Shown here one piece after another: positions 13,417 through 27,689 of a stretch of 64,000 nt of DNA. Under the pieces are notes generated by a model. That model did no database searches and was not told the origin of the DNA. It saw only the letters and a program-made list of their open reading frames with translations. Position 1 is the first letter of the stretch, and the number at the start of each line of letters is the position of its first letter. A program made the position numbers and the translations under genes. This stretch comes from Eledone cirrhosa (lineage: Eukaryota): the NCBI GenBank assembly GCA_964016885.1, contig OZ024743.1:194928001-194992000 (forward strand), written 5' to 3'.

Positions 13417-14411
13417 TTAGACAATGTTACTAGAGAGGCATTTCCCGGATAGGGGACAATCAGCCCGATACCTACAATTACAGTTAGTACTAACTACAGG
13501 GTTGCACGTGTTGCTACGGCTAGGTATTTTAGCTAAATTTGAAGCTGTAATGTTATGTGCAAGGTTAGGAGTCGTTGAGTAAGAAATTTTAATAGTGTTT
13601 CTATTAAAAATTTTACTATATTTATGTGTAGGGGGAAAATGCTTCGTAATAAGGGAAAGAAAGATCTTAGCTAATGGTGTGGCCACCTCCATATTATATG
13701 GTGGGTTAAACCAACAAATGCGACGGGATCTATTTCTTCTAGGTCTATTCTCGTACTCTGTATATGCTAACTTATCGACAAATCCACTTCGAGCAAGAGC
13801 TTCATTGTAATAAGTGGAATGGTCGTTGAAAATGCGCTCGTTGGTGGAAAGACGGGAAAGCCTCAACGAAACGTTTTTTACCAGGTTCTTGGTTATGCTG
13901 GCAGGATGGTTGGAATGTTTACTTATGTAATTAAGCGTATCATTCGGCTTTCTATACGGGTAATGCAACCCATTCAATAAATTGAGGGTAACGTCGAGGT
14001 AATTAACGACCGAGAGATTGGCCTCAACCTGTATAGAGAGGTTGAAGCCTTTAAAGAAGGCTGTGAGTTCTTTTCTGAATCTGTCGCAAGCACGAGGTCC
14101 GCACTTAGTCATGGTCAAAAGGCCATCGTCACGGTACAAACCACCGCCCGCGTTGGGGAATTCGTCCTTGATAGATTAAAGAAGGAAAAGGCCAATAAGA
14201 TCAGTACCTCCGCAGAGTCACTGGCGCCCATACTCACGTCGAATGGGGTACTATTGGATTTTTTAATCCAAATAGAATCGTCGAAATTAATCACCGACTT
14301 TCGGGCATTAAGGATGACATCAACTTCGAAATCCTTAACCACTGTGAGTGTTTTAGCGAAATTGATAGCTCTAAGGAGAAGTGGTAAAGTGATGGAGGAG
14401 TAGTAATTGTT
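13417..14411 (-). pseudogene. Penelope-like RT fragment (inverted 5' part of a PLE)
   Basis: NYYSSIT (motif A remnant), FDVSMGASDSAEV (motif B), YRDDGL (motif C), NYLDVTLNL, WFNPPY and CNCRYRADCPL. One frameshift near 14130-14200. Confidence 0.9.
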
Positions 14412-15110
14412 GAAAAACCACGTAAATGGTATAGCAGAAGTCGTAGACTAAAATTCTAACTAGGAGACCGAATGAATCTCCGCTACAGAGTTAAGAACAA
14501 AGTAAATAAATACAATACAGCAGTAATAGGAACAAATAAATACATACACGCAAACAGATACGTACATACACAAGCATACGCAAAACCTTACCATAGGTAT
14601 ACAAAACCACGCACATATAATTATGTGTATGTGTGTATGCTTGTGTACAAATAAATAAATAATTATATAAACGTATATAAGTAAATAAATACGTATATAA
14701 CAAGCGCACACACATCCTACAAATAAATACACGAAGGTTCGGAGACGTAAGTCAACTAAAACAAGAAGTACGCCTACACACACCCACCATACGTACGAAC
14801 CTGCATACTCACGCAGACGCAAAACTCCCATATACACATAACCAAGCCCTAAATACCAGAATGTGTAAAAATTATATGCCAAAACAGTCAAATATACGTA
14901 CGAGAAGGTATACATACCTTCACAAAACATACGGGTAATATATACTTACCTATGCAAAAAGTAAAGGAATAAACAAAACATATACTTAGCTCCCACATCA
15001 AGACGTAAATATCCACGTATAGATCGTGCTATCCGTTAGGGTATAACGTAGGGCCGTAATACAGGAAAGTTTTGTGCAATTTATGTTTACAAGCCGAAAT
15101 TGCCTCAGAT

Positions 15111-15470
15111 TGTAGGAATCGGGCTGATTGTCCCCTATCCGGGAAATGCCTCTCTAGTAACATTGTCTACAAATGTAAGGTTGTAACACCCACGTCCCGT
15201 AGGGCCTACATAGGGTTAACCGCCAATAGTTTCAAGCAGCGTCTTTACATGCATACCCATTCTTTTCGTTACCCTCTAAGAAGGAATATGACGTCACTTT
15301 CAGCTTACATCTGGAGTCTAAAAGACAACCACACCCAATATAAGTTACACTGGGAGATCCTAGCTAGGGCTAGATCGTATAACGGAAATAAAAGACCATG
15401 TGACCTCTGCGCCGCTGAGGCCCTGGAAATACTCTACGCCACAGACCACATCTTAAACAAAAAATCTGAT
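15111..15470 (+). pseudogene. GIY-YIG endonuclease of the same PLE (sense 3' part)
   Basis: CPLSGKCL..IVYKC..AYIGLT..CDLCAAE. The first ~57 nt are the reverse complement of 13418-13475. Confidence 0.88.
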
Positions 15471-15742
15471 GACTTATTATCTTCGTTTTTTCGTTCATTG
15501 CCAGAGAACGTCTCTATGCACCACTTAGAGAACATTAGTCTACGACCTCTTTTATACCATAAACGTGGTTCTGTCCTTGCACGTAATTGTTTTTCACCGC
15601 TCCTATTAATGACGTATTATTCGTTTTTTTCCCGTTCTTTGCCAGCGAACGTCACCATGAACCAAAGTATCGTCTTCCTGTCTTCCTCCGGTTGCAACGT
15701 TTTTTGAAATATCCAGTTCTGCGTTTACAGATTGATTTTGTT

Positions 15743-15793
15743 AGTTTCAGAAGATCCCGTTAAGGGTGAAAGCAGCGATTCTTTGCCTAAACT
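15743..15793 (+). ncRNA. Degenerate hammerhead-like motif at PLE 3' end
   Basis: agttt-CAGAAGA-tccc gttaa gggt-GAAA-gca...tgc-CT-aaact. Two core deviations (U4A, U16.1C). Confidence 0.5.
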
Positions 15794-15809
15794 TTAATCT
15801 GTTATTTTA

Positions 15810-15846
<37 letters not shown>

Positions 15847-15847
15847 A

Positions 15848-15909
<62 letters not shown>

Positions 15910-16688
15910 CAATGTAAGCCCAAATAATCATTATATATATATATATGTGTCTGTGCGTGTGTGTGTCTGTTTATGTGTTTGTGTCTGTATGAGTCTGTGT
16001 GTGTCTGTGAGTTGCATTTGGCACAATTATACTTTTATTTTAATCTGTGGCACATTAGATATTTATATTTTGTAGCAAGTTATTAAAAATTTCTCATGAA
16101 AAAGGATTCATCTCTGCCTGAATGGGATGTTTATTCAGAAAATAATCTCGTACAATTTATTTTCAGTAAGATGACATCCCGTATCCTGGTTCAATACTGT
16201 CTGTAGGTTGTGTGCAAGGACTCATCTTCAAAACGTACCTGATACACATTTGGAAGGGTCGCATTTTATTTAGTGTATCAGCAGGTTCAAAATATCTAGG
16301 TATTTCTGTCTTATAATTTGTTTCTTTGCATCAATGTATCTTAATTGTTTTTGGCTTAAAAAGAATACTTTATCTACTTGGCATTTATTTTTTTAATATG
16401 ATGAGCTGACCTTTTCAAACGATATTGAGAGTAGTTATTCTCAAATTAGCATTGCTAAAACAGTCGTGATATAGCTTATTCCATTCCTCTTATGTTAAGA
16501 TTTCAATAGATGTAAGAAGTGTGTGAACATATTTTACAAAGTTTGTTAGCATTAGGTCAACATCATCTCGAGAGTTGCAGCTGGTGTATAGGTTGGATTT
16601 ATGACACAAGATATGTCCATATTAGATTTCCACGTCATACTGGAAACCCTCTTAAAGGAATCGAGCATTGAGAGAAACAATTTGCATG

Positions 16689-16816
<128 letters not shown>

Positions 16817-17024
16817 CCTCTCTCTTATAAACATACATACAGATTTGTGCATGCAATACTTATATCAACCAAATAAATTATTAAAGCAGGCATTCACTTT
16901 CGCTGAAATTGTGCTTATCAAACTTATACAATTCACAAAATGTTTGCATTGTCTTTCTCTTAACTTTCTTGCATATATGAACTATATAAAACAAGGAACA
17001 TGAAATTAAATGTGTTACACACAC

Positions 17025-17055
<31 letters not shown>

Positions 17056-17078
17056 GAGAGAGAGAGGGGGAGAGAGAG

Positions 17079-17220
17079 AACTGTGAGGGTGTGGTAAAAA
17101 ACCAGGTGTGCCATAACGCAACAAAGTACTCGATACTTCCATTAGTAGAGAGGGTAATATGAACAGATTCAGGACCCCAACGGCTGAGCTCCGGCCGTTC
17201 GACAGCTATATCCAAACGAG
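17079..17220 (-). mobile_element. Divergent family A copy
   Basis: gtggtaaaaaaccagg..ccataacgca..aaagtactc..ggaccccaacggctgagctc aligns to 189-339. Confidence 0.65.
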
Positions 17221-17238
17221 TATATATATATATAGAAA

Positions 17239-17697
17239 AAAAGAGAAAACACAGGTAAGCATTAAAATAAGGATTTTATCCAGGTATTTACGACCATTTC
17301 ATTGGTAAGCGCAACCTTATATCGCTATACTGCAAATAGCAGCCACTCGATAATAACTGTTATTCCTTTCCAAATTTTCAAAATAATGAATGATTCATTA
17401 TTTTGAAAATTTGGAGGTGAATAACAGTTATTATCGAGTGGCTGCTATTTGCAGTATAGCGATATAAGGTTGCGCTTACCAATGAAATGGTCGTAAATAC
17501 CTGGATAAAATCCTTATTTTAATGCTTACCTGTGTTTTCTCTTTTATTCTTTATACTCCAAGATTGAACGTCATTTACTAACCACATTCTTGCAAACTTG
17601 TGGAGTTACCCCTAACCGTACGTTGGAAACCGTCCAAGAAACTGGCTCTCTTAACCACGAACTGGATTACAATAAGCAATTTTCTGCTTCCCTAACT
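17239..17697 (+). mobile_element. Non-coding PLE-like fold-back insertion (family D)
   Basis: Palindrome 17239-17545 centred at 17392, plus a unique 3' tail to 17697 and (TA)n. Confidence 0.8.
17399..17499 (+). ncRNA. Hammerhead-like motif, U3-A8 variant with long helix II
   Basis: tatt-TTGAAAA-tttgg...ccaat-GAAA-tggtcg-TA-aata. Confidence 0.5.
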
Positions 17698-17707
17698 ATA
17701 TATATAC

Positions 17708-17776
<69 letters not shown>

Positions 17777-17799
17777 TACATATATATATATATGTATAT

Positions 17800-17858
<59 letters not shown>

Positions 17859-18012
17859 GTTATATATATTAACAGAATATAATTTATTGAATAAGATTCT
17901 TAGTTTTCATATGTCTTATAAACACCTCTAAACGGTGCATCCAGCTTTACATATATATATATGTATATTTTATACACCTGAAGAGATGCTAGATCATAAT
18001 AATACTTAACAA

Positions 18013-18589
18013 ATAATTGTTTCTACTTTTGGCACAATGTCAGCAAATACCCAGTACATTACTGGTACTTTATTTTATCGACCCCGTAGGGATGAAAGGC
18101 AAAGTTGACCTCGGCGGGATTTGAACTCAGAATGGCAAGGGCCGTAACTCTATGCGTCAAAGCATCGCGTCCGACCCTCTACCAATACTGCCAATCCACC
18201 GCCCTTAAATAATAATTGTTTCTACTTTAAGCACAATGCCAGCAATTACTCAGTACATTACTGGTACTTTATTTTATCGACCCCGTAAGGATGAAAGGCA
18301 AAGTTAACCTCGGCGGGATTTGAACTCAGACTGTAAAGAGACGTAACTATGATAGAAAGCATGACGTCCAACCCTCTACCAATACTGCCAATTCACCGTA
18401 AATAATTGTTTCTACTTTTTGGCACAAGGCCAGCAATTACTCAGTACATTACTGGTACTTTATTTTATCGACCCCGTAAGGATGAAGGGCAAAGTTAACC
18501 TCGGCGGGATTTGAACTCAGACTGTAAAGAGACGTAACTATGCTAGAAAGCATGACGTCTAACCCTCTACCGATACTGCCAATTCACCG
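18013..18589 (-). mobile_element. Three tandem tRNA-derived SINEs (octopus-type family 1)
   Basis: Units ~18013-18206, 18211-18399 and 18402-18589. Minus strand has A-box-like TGGCAGTATTGG, B-box GAGTTCAAATCCC and an (ATT)-rich tail. Confidence 0.85.
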
Positions 18590-19450
18590 TAAATAATAAT
18601 GAAAGATTAGCGATTGAAGGACGAATATCGCCGAGAATACACTATTAAATGTCGCTATCAAATGAATGAATCACTAAAAATGAAATGGTCCATTTCAATG
18701 AGAAAATGTATTATTGATAATGGCAGTGCAATAAGAGAAATAATTATAATAAAAATTGGGGTTACAACTCACTGATACAAATATAATATATAATAGATAT
18801 CTAGAGAAACATTCAGTCTTCCATTCATAATCTCATGCCCATGATCTCTACCTCTATTAAGTCACTTAGACGGATCAGTTTTGATTACATATCATATGTA
18901 CAGTTATTTATATCTACTTCCTTCCATTTCTAAGTATGCGAAATAGAAGAATCATCAGAAAATCGTATGTAATGTCTGTCGTATTTCGACCGACTCTCTG
19001 CTCTCCTACTTAAAATTTCACCGCCGAAGCTTACATTGCCTGTGTTTCGTTCCCTGTGTTTCGTTCTAAAGATGGATGGGCTTCCCGTCAAGCCGTGTGT
19101 AGTGCCAGTGTCCCTACTATACATTAAGGAGTTAAACGCTCACTGATGAATGGTTACATGCCTAATGGTTGAAGAGTTACTTCAATATAATGTCTATATA
19201 ATTTTGGCAACTAAAATGTTTCTCTACTTCATATTTTCTCTTTAAAATCTTCTATCTGTTTCATAGTCTATGAACACTTTCCTTCTTCATACTCTTTATT
19301 TCAACATATTTTTTACATGCACCTTTTAATATTAAGACAAAAGTATACCGAATCTTTTCTTTGTCTGTGAAATGGTTAACTAAAGATTTACTAGTATCAA
19401 TTATACTATTATTTTCGTCTCTAAAATAACAGAAAATGTCACAGAACAAA

Positions 19451-19622
19451 CAATTGTTTCTACTTTTGGCAATTATCCCAATGTGTTGCTTTATTTTATC
19501 GACCCCGTAAGGATGAAAGGCAAAGTTAACCTCGGCGGCATTTGAACTCAGACCATAAAGGGCCGTAACTCTTTGCTGCAAAGCATGGCGTCAGACCCTC
19601 TACCGATACTGCCATTCTACAG
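19451..19622 (-). mobile_element. SINE family 1 copy
   Basis: Shared core tttatcgaccccgtaaggatgaaaggcaaagttaacctcggcg..tttgaactcag. A more degraded copy lies at ~20000-20115. Confidence 0.8.
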
Positions 19623-20607
19623 AACAAATAATTAAAATAATTTTTTTTACGAACTACTTGATATGTTTAATATGTCTAATTTTATCAGATGTGAATCACT
19701 AAATACACTTGCGTATTGTTTTGTTTCTATTTTGATCGTCGTTGGTCTTTGCAAGGTTTTATGTTATTTAGTAATTTGGCAATTGTATGTATGATCCCAT
19801 ATGTATAGTCCCATGTTTGAAAGTCGCAGGGGCGCCGTATTGACATACAGCATTTCTAGGGCATTTTAATACTTCGCGGAGTCCAACCTCTCCATGTCTG
19901 AATACAGTGCATTTATTCCAGTGAAGAATAGAGAGTGTGATAGAGAATGGAAGTGACCAAGAGATTTAAAAGAAGAATTGACACAGTACAAGCCTAGAAC
20001 TATTTTATCGAGCTCGAATGGATGAAACGCAAAGCTGACCTCGGGAGGATTTGAATTCATAGAATAGAGAGCCGTAAAGAATACCACAAATTGTTCAATC
20101 CGATGTTCTGCCAATTCCTAACCTTTTTAGGGATTTAATTTAATTTGTGTAAATATGGTTACTAATGTGAGTGGGAATATAGTAAGTGAATTGTTTGTGT
20201 CGCATAAAATCCGAGTATTAGGCAGCTGTATAGGAGAAGCGCGACAGTCACATTGTAATGGGAGAATATCTTGCACTCGATATTTTATTTTTCTAGTTGA
20301 TTGTGTCTAAGCATTGTTCCCCTACAACTAACATTAGACATTCTCTTTCTGTGTTTAGCTCTCATTATTTAACCTTTCAAAATAGTTTCCCCTCAGTTGT
20401 AATTCGCGAGTTTTAAACCAGGTAGTGGATTTCTTAATCCTTTATGATATAATGTGGTATATTGTCTCAGACAATACTCATCACAGGTGACGTTCATTAT
20501 TTATATTTAATATGTATACAGTCCTTTCAATACAACATCTTCTGCTCCATTGCAGCCATATTTGTGCATTCAAGCTAGAGTTTAAAAAAAAAAATTCATA
20601 TATGTAC

Positions 20608-20674
<67 letters not shown>

Positions 20675-20675
<1 letters not shown>

Positions 20676-23600
20676 TAGCAGAAGTACCCGGCGTTGCCCA
20701 AGTGTAAGTCGACCTTTGCTCTGTTGTTAAAATGTGTGAAAGCTACATCACAGGTGCAAAAACCTTCGAACCTCAAGGAAAAAACCAGAGGTTAGTAGAC
20801 GCAGGTGTGTAATTGAGCATAAATAATGGATCAATTGTAGATTTACAGTGTATCGTTGAAATTGTTCTTTGCACGACTGACGGAAGTCAAATTCAATTTC
20901 AGTTGATTTTTAAAGCAAGATGAAAAAGTCGATTTTTTCACAGTTTTTTTTTAATTACAATTTTCGCGCTCACATGTGCAGAAGAAGAAATAAACGGGAC
21001 TTTATCTGAACTGCGGCATAATGGCGAGTCTTTTGCGACAGTTTTCAAGAAAGTTGGACGTTCCTGTAAAAAGTTTTACCATGTGCAACTTTGCCTTGTT
21101 TTTTGCGCAAAGTCGAATCCGCGCTTCAATTTTATTGATTTTTTACATGAATACGTGACCTCTGAAGTAGATTTGAGTAGCTAAACACCCGTCCCAGTAA
21201 ATTTGCTATAGGTGAAAAAAAGTTGATCAAAATTGTATCTAGGTTATTGCCCTTTGCAACAGCCTCAACGTGTCTTCAAGTTAATTTTTTGTAGAACTAA
21301 ATCGACTTTCGTCAAATCGGACTGAGGAAACAATGTTTCCATTTGCCTTTCTAGCTGGTGCACCCGGTTACACTCGGGTTATAAGGTGCTTAATTTAAAC
21401 ATGTCTGCGCTAAATTCCAGCAGGATGCTTTAACCGAAATAAATGAAGAACAAACGTCTCTTTTTGTGCTCCTATCTGTGATATTGGCATTTTGAAAAAA
21501 TGGTCCATAAACATCCATGGAGCATGTGTAACGCATGTATCAGGTTATGAGAAAAAGGGTTTTCGATTCTCCATTCATAAAATACCAAAAAATTGCACGC
21601 AAATAAACCGGGATTTTAAGGCACTGCCCAATTCATAGCTGAAAGGTAAGAATCAAGTGGAATCATATTTTGCGACATTGTCAAATGTACAACCGTACAA
21701 AATCAAAGGATATAGCCATTGAAATCTAAGTAGGCCAAAGAATTTGGTGGGGTTGTATATCAGAGGATTGTTTTCCTTGTGATTCGCGTCTAGTCTACAA
21801 AGTGCAGTTAGATTGTAGTCGGTGTTGTATCAGTAAAATATACGGAAGACTGAACACTTACGAATTAAGTGAAAATCACATTGATATTCCTATCGGGGCA
21901 ACATGTGCCGGAAAACCTGACGGACTGTTGTGTCAATATTGAAATCGTAGAAATTGCGAATCCCGACATCTAGGATGTAATAGATAGGCCTTGGAGGTGA
22001 AGAGAAAGAATTGGTATAATTGTTTTGCTGAACATGCTGACCATTAATTTAAATATACTTACGCAGCATCATCGTGCGGTTTTGTTGTTTATGGCTTAGA
22101 ATGAGGGCCGGTTAAACGCGGCAGCAAAATAAGCCATGCTGATGATGTTTAGGGGCGTCGCAGGGAATAGATGCGGCGTTGTGAGTCAATTATGAGGATA
22201 GTGGAAGGCACGCTGATCGCTTGAGAAGGCGCGATGCTACACAGGATGCTACTCGGCCATAATTGACAGAAAGGCATGCCAGGAGAAATGAAAGAGTTGC
22301 TATTCATCCTTTGCTTAGCATTATGAACATGTAATTAAAAAAATTTACCATGGACTATCGTGCACGTTGGTATTGTGTTTAGCCTGCGAAAATCGGTCGT
22401 CAAATGGGGCAACAATAAGCCATGCTGATGACGTTTAATCGAGTGGCAAGGAATTGATGCGGCATAGATAGCCATGGGAGTCTTGAAGGAGCACGACGGT
22501 CAGGCAAAAGAAAGGACCGAGGAGGGGATGGTGGCTGAGAGTGCATGGATACTGCATCCTGAGGCATGACGATGCAGTGGGACGACGGCCAGCAGGCAAG
22601 GAAGAGAGCAGGGGTTGACGGTGGCAGGGATGCGACTTGGTCCCTCAACACTGCCATGCCTAGGCAGTGGAAAGGGCCGGGGGGTATATGGCGGCTGACA
22701 GGGCAGGGATGCAACATGATGAGGCATGACGAAAGGGCAGGGTGAATGGCAGCTGACAGGGCGTGGATGCGGCATGCCAATTGAGTTGCACTTCGGGAAT
22801 GTAGAGAACACCGGGAGGCACGATGATTGTTTGAGAAAACCGGGTGCAAGGCAGGATGTTTATCGGCCATACATGATTGGTAGGCTTTGGAGGAGAAAGG
22901 GATGAATGTTTGTTTAATTTTGTTAAATATGGTCAAAATGAATGTAAAAAGACTTACACAGGATCGTCTTCATGTTTGGTGCTTTCTTTGGTCTGAGATA
23001 ATGGGCGCTTATGTGCGGCGCAGTAATAAACCATGCTGATGATATTTGAGCAAGTTGCTGACAGGGCAGGAATGCCGCATGGTGAGCTATGGCAGTCGTG
23101 AGGGACCAAGGCGTGCGGGCAAGGGAGAGGGCAGGGGTTGACGGTATAAATTTATACTGCTCAGAAGTGATTCTTAGAGCTGAAATAATTGTAAATGACC
23201 CCATTGAGTGTAAACTCTAAGTTATATTATATTACTGCTCCCTCAGTCGAGCTGAATTTGTAATCCCATATAAACGGCTGTTATTTCTAGCACTATGAGT
23301 GTGGGAGGTTAGAGGACTGGAATAAGTCGTGTGCAAAACCTCGTGTATTTTCGCTACGTTAACCAGATCTTAGATATTTTTCTGAGGTGAAGTTACTTAA
23401 TTTATCTGGGTACCTATTGATAAACACAGAAAATTAATTAACTCACTACTAATTAATTAATTATTTCACTATTATACCATCCTTTGTGAAACATGTTTAA
23501 AGTTTGAAGTTCTGACCGATCTGCGGAAAAAGTTTGTATTTTGAAATTTAAACGTGTCTAGGTACCAAGGCCTTTTGCCCATATGGGTTTGTGAGTATTG

Positions 23601-23839
23601 ATTTATTATTTTTTAGATCAACACAGGCAAACTATATGTATTTGAATTAAGATATTTCATTCTAACTATTTTATTTGTCAATTGCAACTAAAACATGTAA
23701 ATGTTTATCATATATTAATTTATACTGCTCAGAAGTGATTCTTAGAGCTGAAATAATTGTAAATGACCCCATTGAGTGTAAACTCTAAGTTATATTATAA
23801 TATATATATATATATATATAGTAATAATAATAAATTTGA
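20675..23839 (-). mobile_element. Non-autonomous Helitron-like element
   Basis: Minus strand ends with hairpin acttgg-gcaacg-ccgggt, 6 nt, then CTAG|T at 20675. A second hairpin+CTAG at 21351. Internal GC-rich subrepeats 22050-23145. 5' TC end tentatively near 23839. Confidence 0.6.
23149..23800 (+). repeat. ~83-bp direct repeat pair (23149-23232 and 23717-23800)
   Basis: aatttatactgctcagaagtg...aaactctaagttatattat occurs twice. Confidence 0.9.
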
Positions 23840-23857
23840 TATATATATATATATATA

Positions 23858-24017
23858 TAATTGTTTCTACTTTCGGCACAAGGCCACCTATTACCCAGTA
23901 CATTACTGGTACTTTATTTTATCGACCTCGCAAGGATGAAAGGCAAAGTTAACCTAGGCGGGAACGTAACTATGCTGGAAAGCATGTCCAACCCTCTACC
24001 AATTCTGCCAATCCACG
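23858..24017 (-). mobile_element. SINE family 1 copy (internally deleted)
   Basis: Same tail and core as other copies. Lacks the B-box segment. Confidence 0.75.
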
Positions 24018-24240
24018 TGCAGGTTTGTGTGTGTGTGAGAGAGTCCCGGTTCAATCAAGGGTAACCACAGGAAACAGGTTACTCAGTACATTAGTGGTGT
24101 GTACACATCAAGTTAAATATAAAAATGGCTTCAACAAGACTAGAACTGTTTCATTCGATAACATTATCTGGGCTTTCCTGGTGATTTCTTTCGAATGTAA
24201 TAGTTCTAGTCGGGTAGAAGCCATTTCTGTATTCAATTTG

Positions 24241-24295
<55 letters not shown>

Positions 24296-24309
24296 TACAC
24301 ACGCACACG

Positions 24310-24380
<71 letters not shown>

Positions 24381-27300
24381 GGGTCATCAAGTTCGAAAAA
24401 ATATAAACTATTATGTTTGTTCACATCCGTAGGTCTATTTCAACTAGAGCTTTACATTCATGGTTTAGCATATAGACTACAACAAAGGGTTGAATGGATA
24501 TGCGTTGGTGCTTTTTCTAACAGTTGCCACTTAATCTCTTAATATATATTTTGATCCATCGATTACCATATATATGTAGTTCGTCTATTGTTTATTCTTG
24601 CCCTTTTTGAAAGGTAAATTAGGCGTGTGTGTGTGTGTGTGAGTGTATTTCTGTAACTGCGTGTATATATATATTCACATTTTGTCCGAAAGATGATCTG
24701 TGCTTTCAATGAAGCTCTAACTATAAACGATGGCTTAGAGAAGAAGAATTGTATATTGCCAGGAATGCAGCTCTCGGAAACTCATGGATGCGCTTTCGGC
24801 TCATTGATAAAGCTGATAATATAAGTTAAATATGGTCTAATCTATCAATCCGTTGGGAATTACTAATACCTTTTACTTATGCACCTACAATATAGCAAAT
24901 AAAGTATTCTAAAAACAGATTTCAACATCATGTTCAGAATGTACTCCCACCACTGAGCAATTACATGACGTTGCTCTTATATTTCAAATTGGGCCACATT
25001 AAAAAAACAAATGCTATCAAAATAGTTGGCAAATATTCATTCACAAAACATTTTTATCGGATTAAAATAATTTTCTAAAACTGTCACAGAGATAAGAAAT
25101 TTAAAATGGAGGTCAAATGCATTAACCTTAGTATTTGATTAGTACTTCATTCATTTAAAATCAGGGGAGAGTGAGGGGGGGGGGAATAGCAACAACAATA
25201 ACAGCTAGAAAACGACTAATTTCACGGTTGATGTTAAATTGTTAATTAAATTAAATAAACAAATGGGAGGCAATAGTGGTAGCACTTAAAACTAAAATTC
25301 ATTTAAAAATGATTTGTTGGAATTAATTTCGATGTGGTAACTAGTTATATAAATGTAATGTGTCACGGTGGTTGTCAGGCGTTGTATGTTCGAATCTGGT
25401 TTTAATCTTACATTCATATTTACCTCCCAACATCTAGTATAAATGGTAGGAATAAACTATTAACATTTTGATGTCATTAAAAAATACTATTGCAAATACT
25501 ACGTTCATTTATTGCACGCCAGTGTATATTTGGTATGTTACTATCTCATGACAGTTTTACAGAATTTTTGTATTTTTTAAAACATTGTTAATTTAATATA
25601 AAAGAACTACTTAGAATTTGCTGTATTTAGTTTCTATAGATGTTTTAAAATAAAATTATCAGTACGTCTAAGGCATACACAGGCGGGAAATAAAGTACGT
25701 TTTTTGGTAATGAAAGAGTTTAATTTCTTTGCTTCTGTTTTATTTTTCCTATCAACGTAGTCGTAATACATCTGGGTCATCTAACGCCAAGAGAATTGAA
25801 TGATTGCTTATATCTCAACTCCCGTCAGAACCGAATGGAATTCTTTTACATTATGAGTCTATAGCGGAGCCAAAAGTAATATATCAATATATCCTTATTA
25901 TACTAAAAAAAAACCGGCATCTGTCTAGTTGAATGAGGAAAATTAATATGTTTATTTTATATTCTTAAATTTACTTTGAATTGAATATATATGTGTTCCT
26001 ACAACCAAGATACTATATAACCTATTACATATTGATAGCCAACAATTGAATAGCTTCACTTTCAATTTCCAGTTTAAAGTTGTTATGTTTTTCAAGTCTC
26101 AGTCACATGAGCAATATAATGCCCACATTCCTTTCATGACTGATGCGGAAAGGAAGTACGTTATCCTCGAAACTGAGGCCAGCCTGGAACACTTACCCCA
26201 AAATGGATTCACCAAAAGGTCTCGAAAGGGCAAGTGATGGGTTAAACTTCACGACAGATTAAGAAGCCAGGTTTCCAAACAGCTTCTGTCTCCCAAATTC
26301 TATTCATAGGGCTTATATCAACCAACTAGAGTTTCTCAAGATGCCGCACTGTGAGATTAAACAAGAATCCACATAATTGAGGAACAAATCAGTTTTCCAT
26401 AAAACCCTGGTTGTGTCCTATCAGTTATTTACGATAATTCTTCGTTCAAAGAATTATAACACAATTATAATTGTTTAGTTTGACAATCGTTTCTTTAACG
26501 AAAAAGAAAGCAACATATCGAGGTAAAATATCAAGAAGATGTTAATGCTTCACTTCCGGACTAGAACAACAAGACTCATTTCAATTTCGTTACATCTAAG
26601 TTTAAATATCTCTGAGGATCTCTACTTGCGGCTGGGTGTACTTTTAACATATCTGGCATGGCGGTAATTCTACAAAAGAAACACCCTAGACCGCATCAAT
26701 GACAAAGCCATTCGACTGATTAGTACAAAGTCCCACATCAACATACTCTAATGTCAGGTTCATATTAGGGGTATTATCTCACTTCTCCGCCTTTTCTCCT
26801 CTTACTATATTCGCCTCTTTCGTTCAGAAATGACTGATTTTTTATTTCCCCTCACTCTGGCACTCGTCTCTCCTACTCTCGTAATCAACCATATATCTAA
26901 ATCACATATGCCGCCGTATGTCGTTTTCAACTTACGGTCTCTGCCCCCCACCCCCATTGCTTTAGTTTGACCTGTATCAAATGAGTTACAATTGTTCTCC
27001 TATAATATTAACCACACCAAATCTGAACGATCTCGCAGGACTGTCAAGACAATAGACACCGCTTTTCGACAAGACGAAACCAACAACGCTTGTTAGTTTA
27101 ATCAATACTGGAAAACCGTGGGTCCCATACTCTTCATTAGATGTCATTTCAGTTTTCCACGGAATCAACGGTTATATGCTGTTATGGAGAATATATTGTT
27201 TGGCAATACGTAATAAATTAAATCGTATAATTTATCAAGATTTGAAAATGAGTCCCAAATTAAGAAAATAACTGTAATAACGGTCGATCATTATAGATAC

Positions 27301-27689
27301 TAGTTGAAGGAATTGGGTAAATTAAACTTAGAAACGGAAAGGAAGTGGACAGGGTCACCTAAATGAAAGCGATCTCTGTATCTCTCGAATACCGTGCAAG
27401 TGCGTTACAATTAAGCTAAGGCGTAATACACTTTTCCCGTCTATTTTAGAATGTCATACTATACTGTTTGAATCTTAAACATAGCTGGGTCTAAATACAT
27501 GTGAATTAAGGAAACGCTAATAGTGTTTGAAATTTGAGTCACAAACGCAAAAAGTAACAGTAATACAAGTCGATAATTATAAATAATAGTTGAGAAAATT
27601 AGGTAAATTACTTTTATTAATACTTTCGACATAGATTGGTAGTGCTAATAAATTGAAAGGCTTAGTGTGTCAAATATTTCTAAAGCAAT

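Noticed and set aside
18930-19124. 64-aa minus-strand ORF as a possible host exon
   Set aside because: No recognisable domain, an in-frame stop just upstream, and no supporting exons.
26630-26830. Possible CR1/Jockey-like RT C-terminal remnant (LDRI..KAIRLI-like)
   Set aside because: Too degraded to support by eye. Needs tBLASTn.
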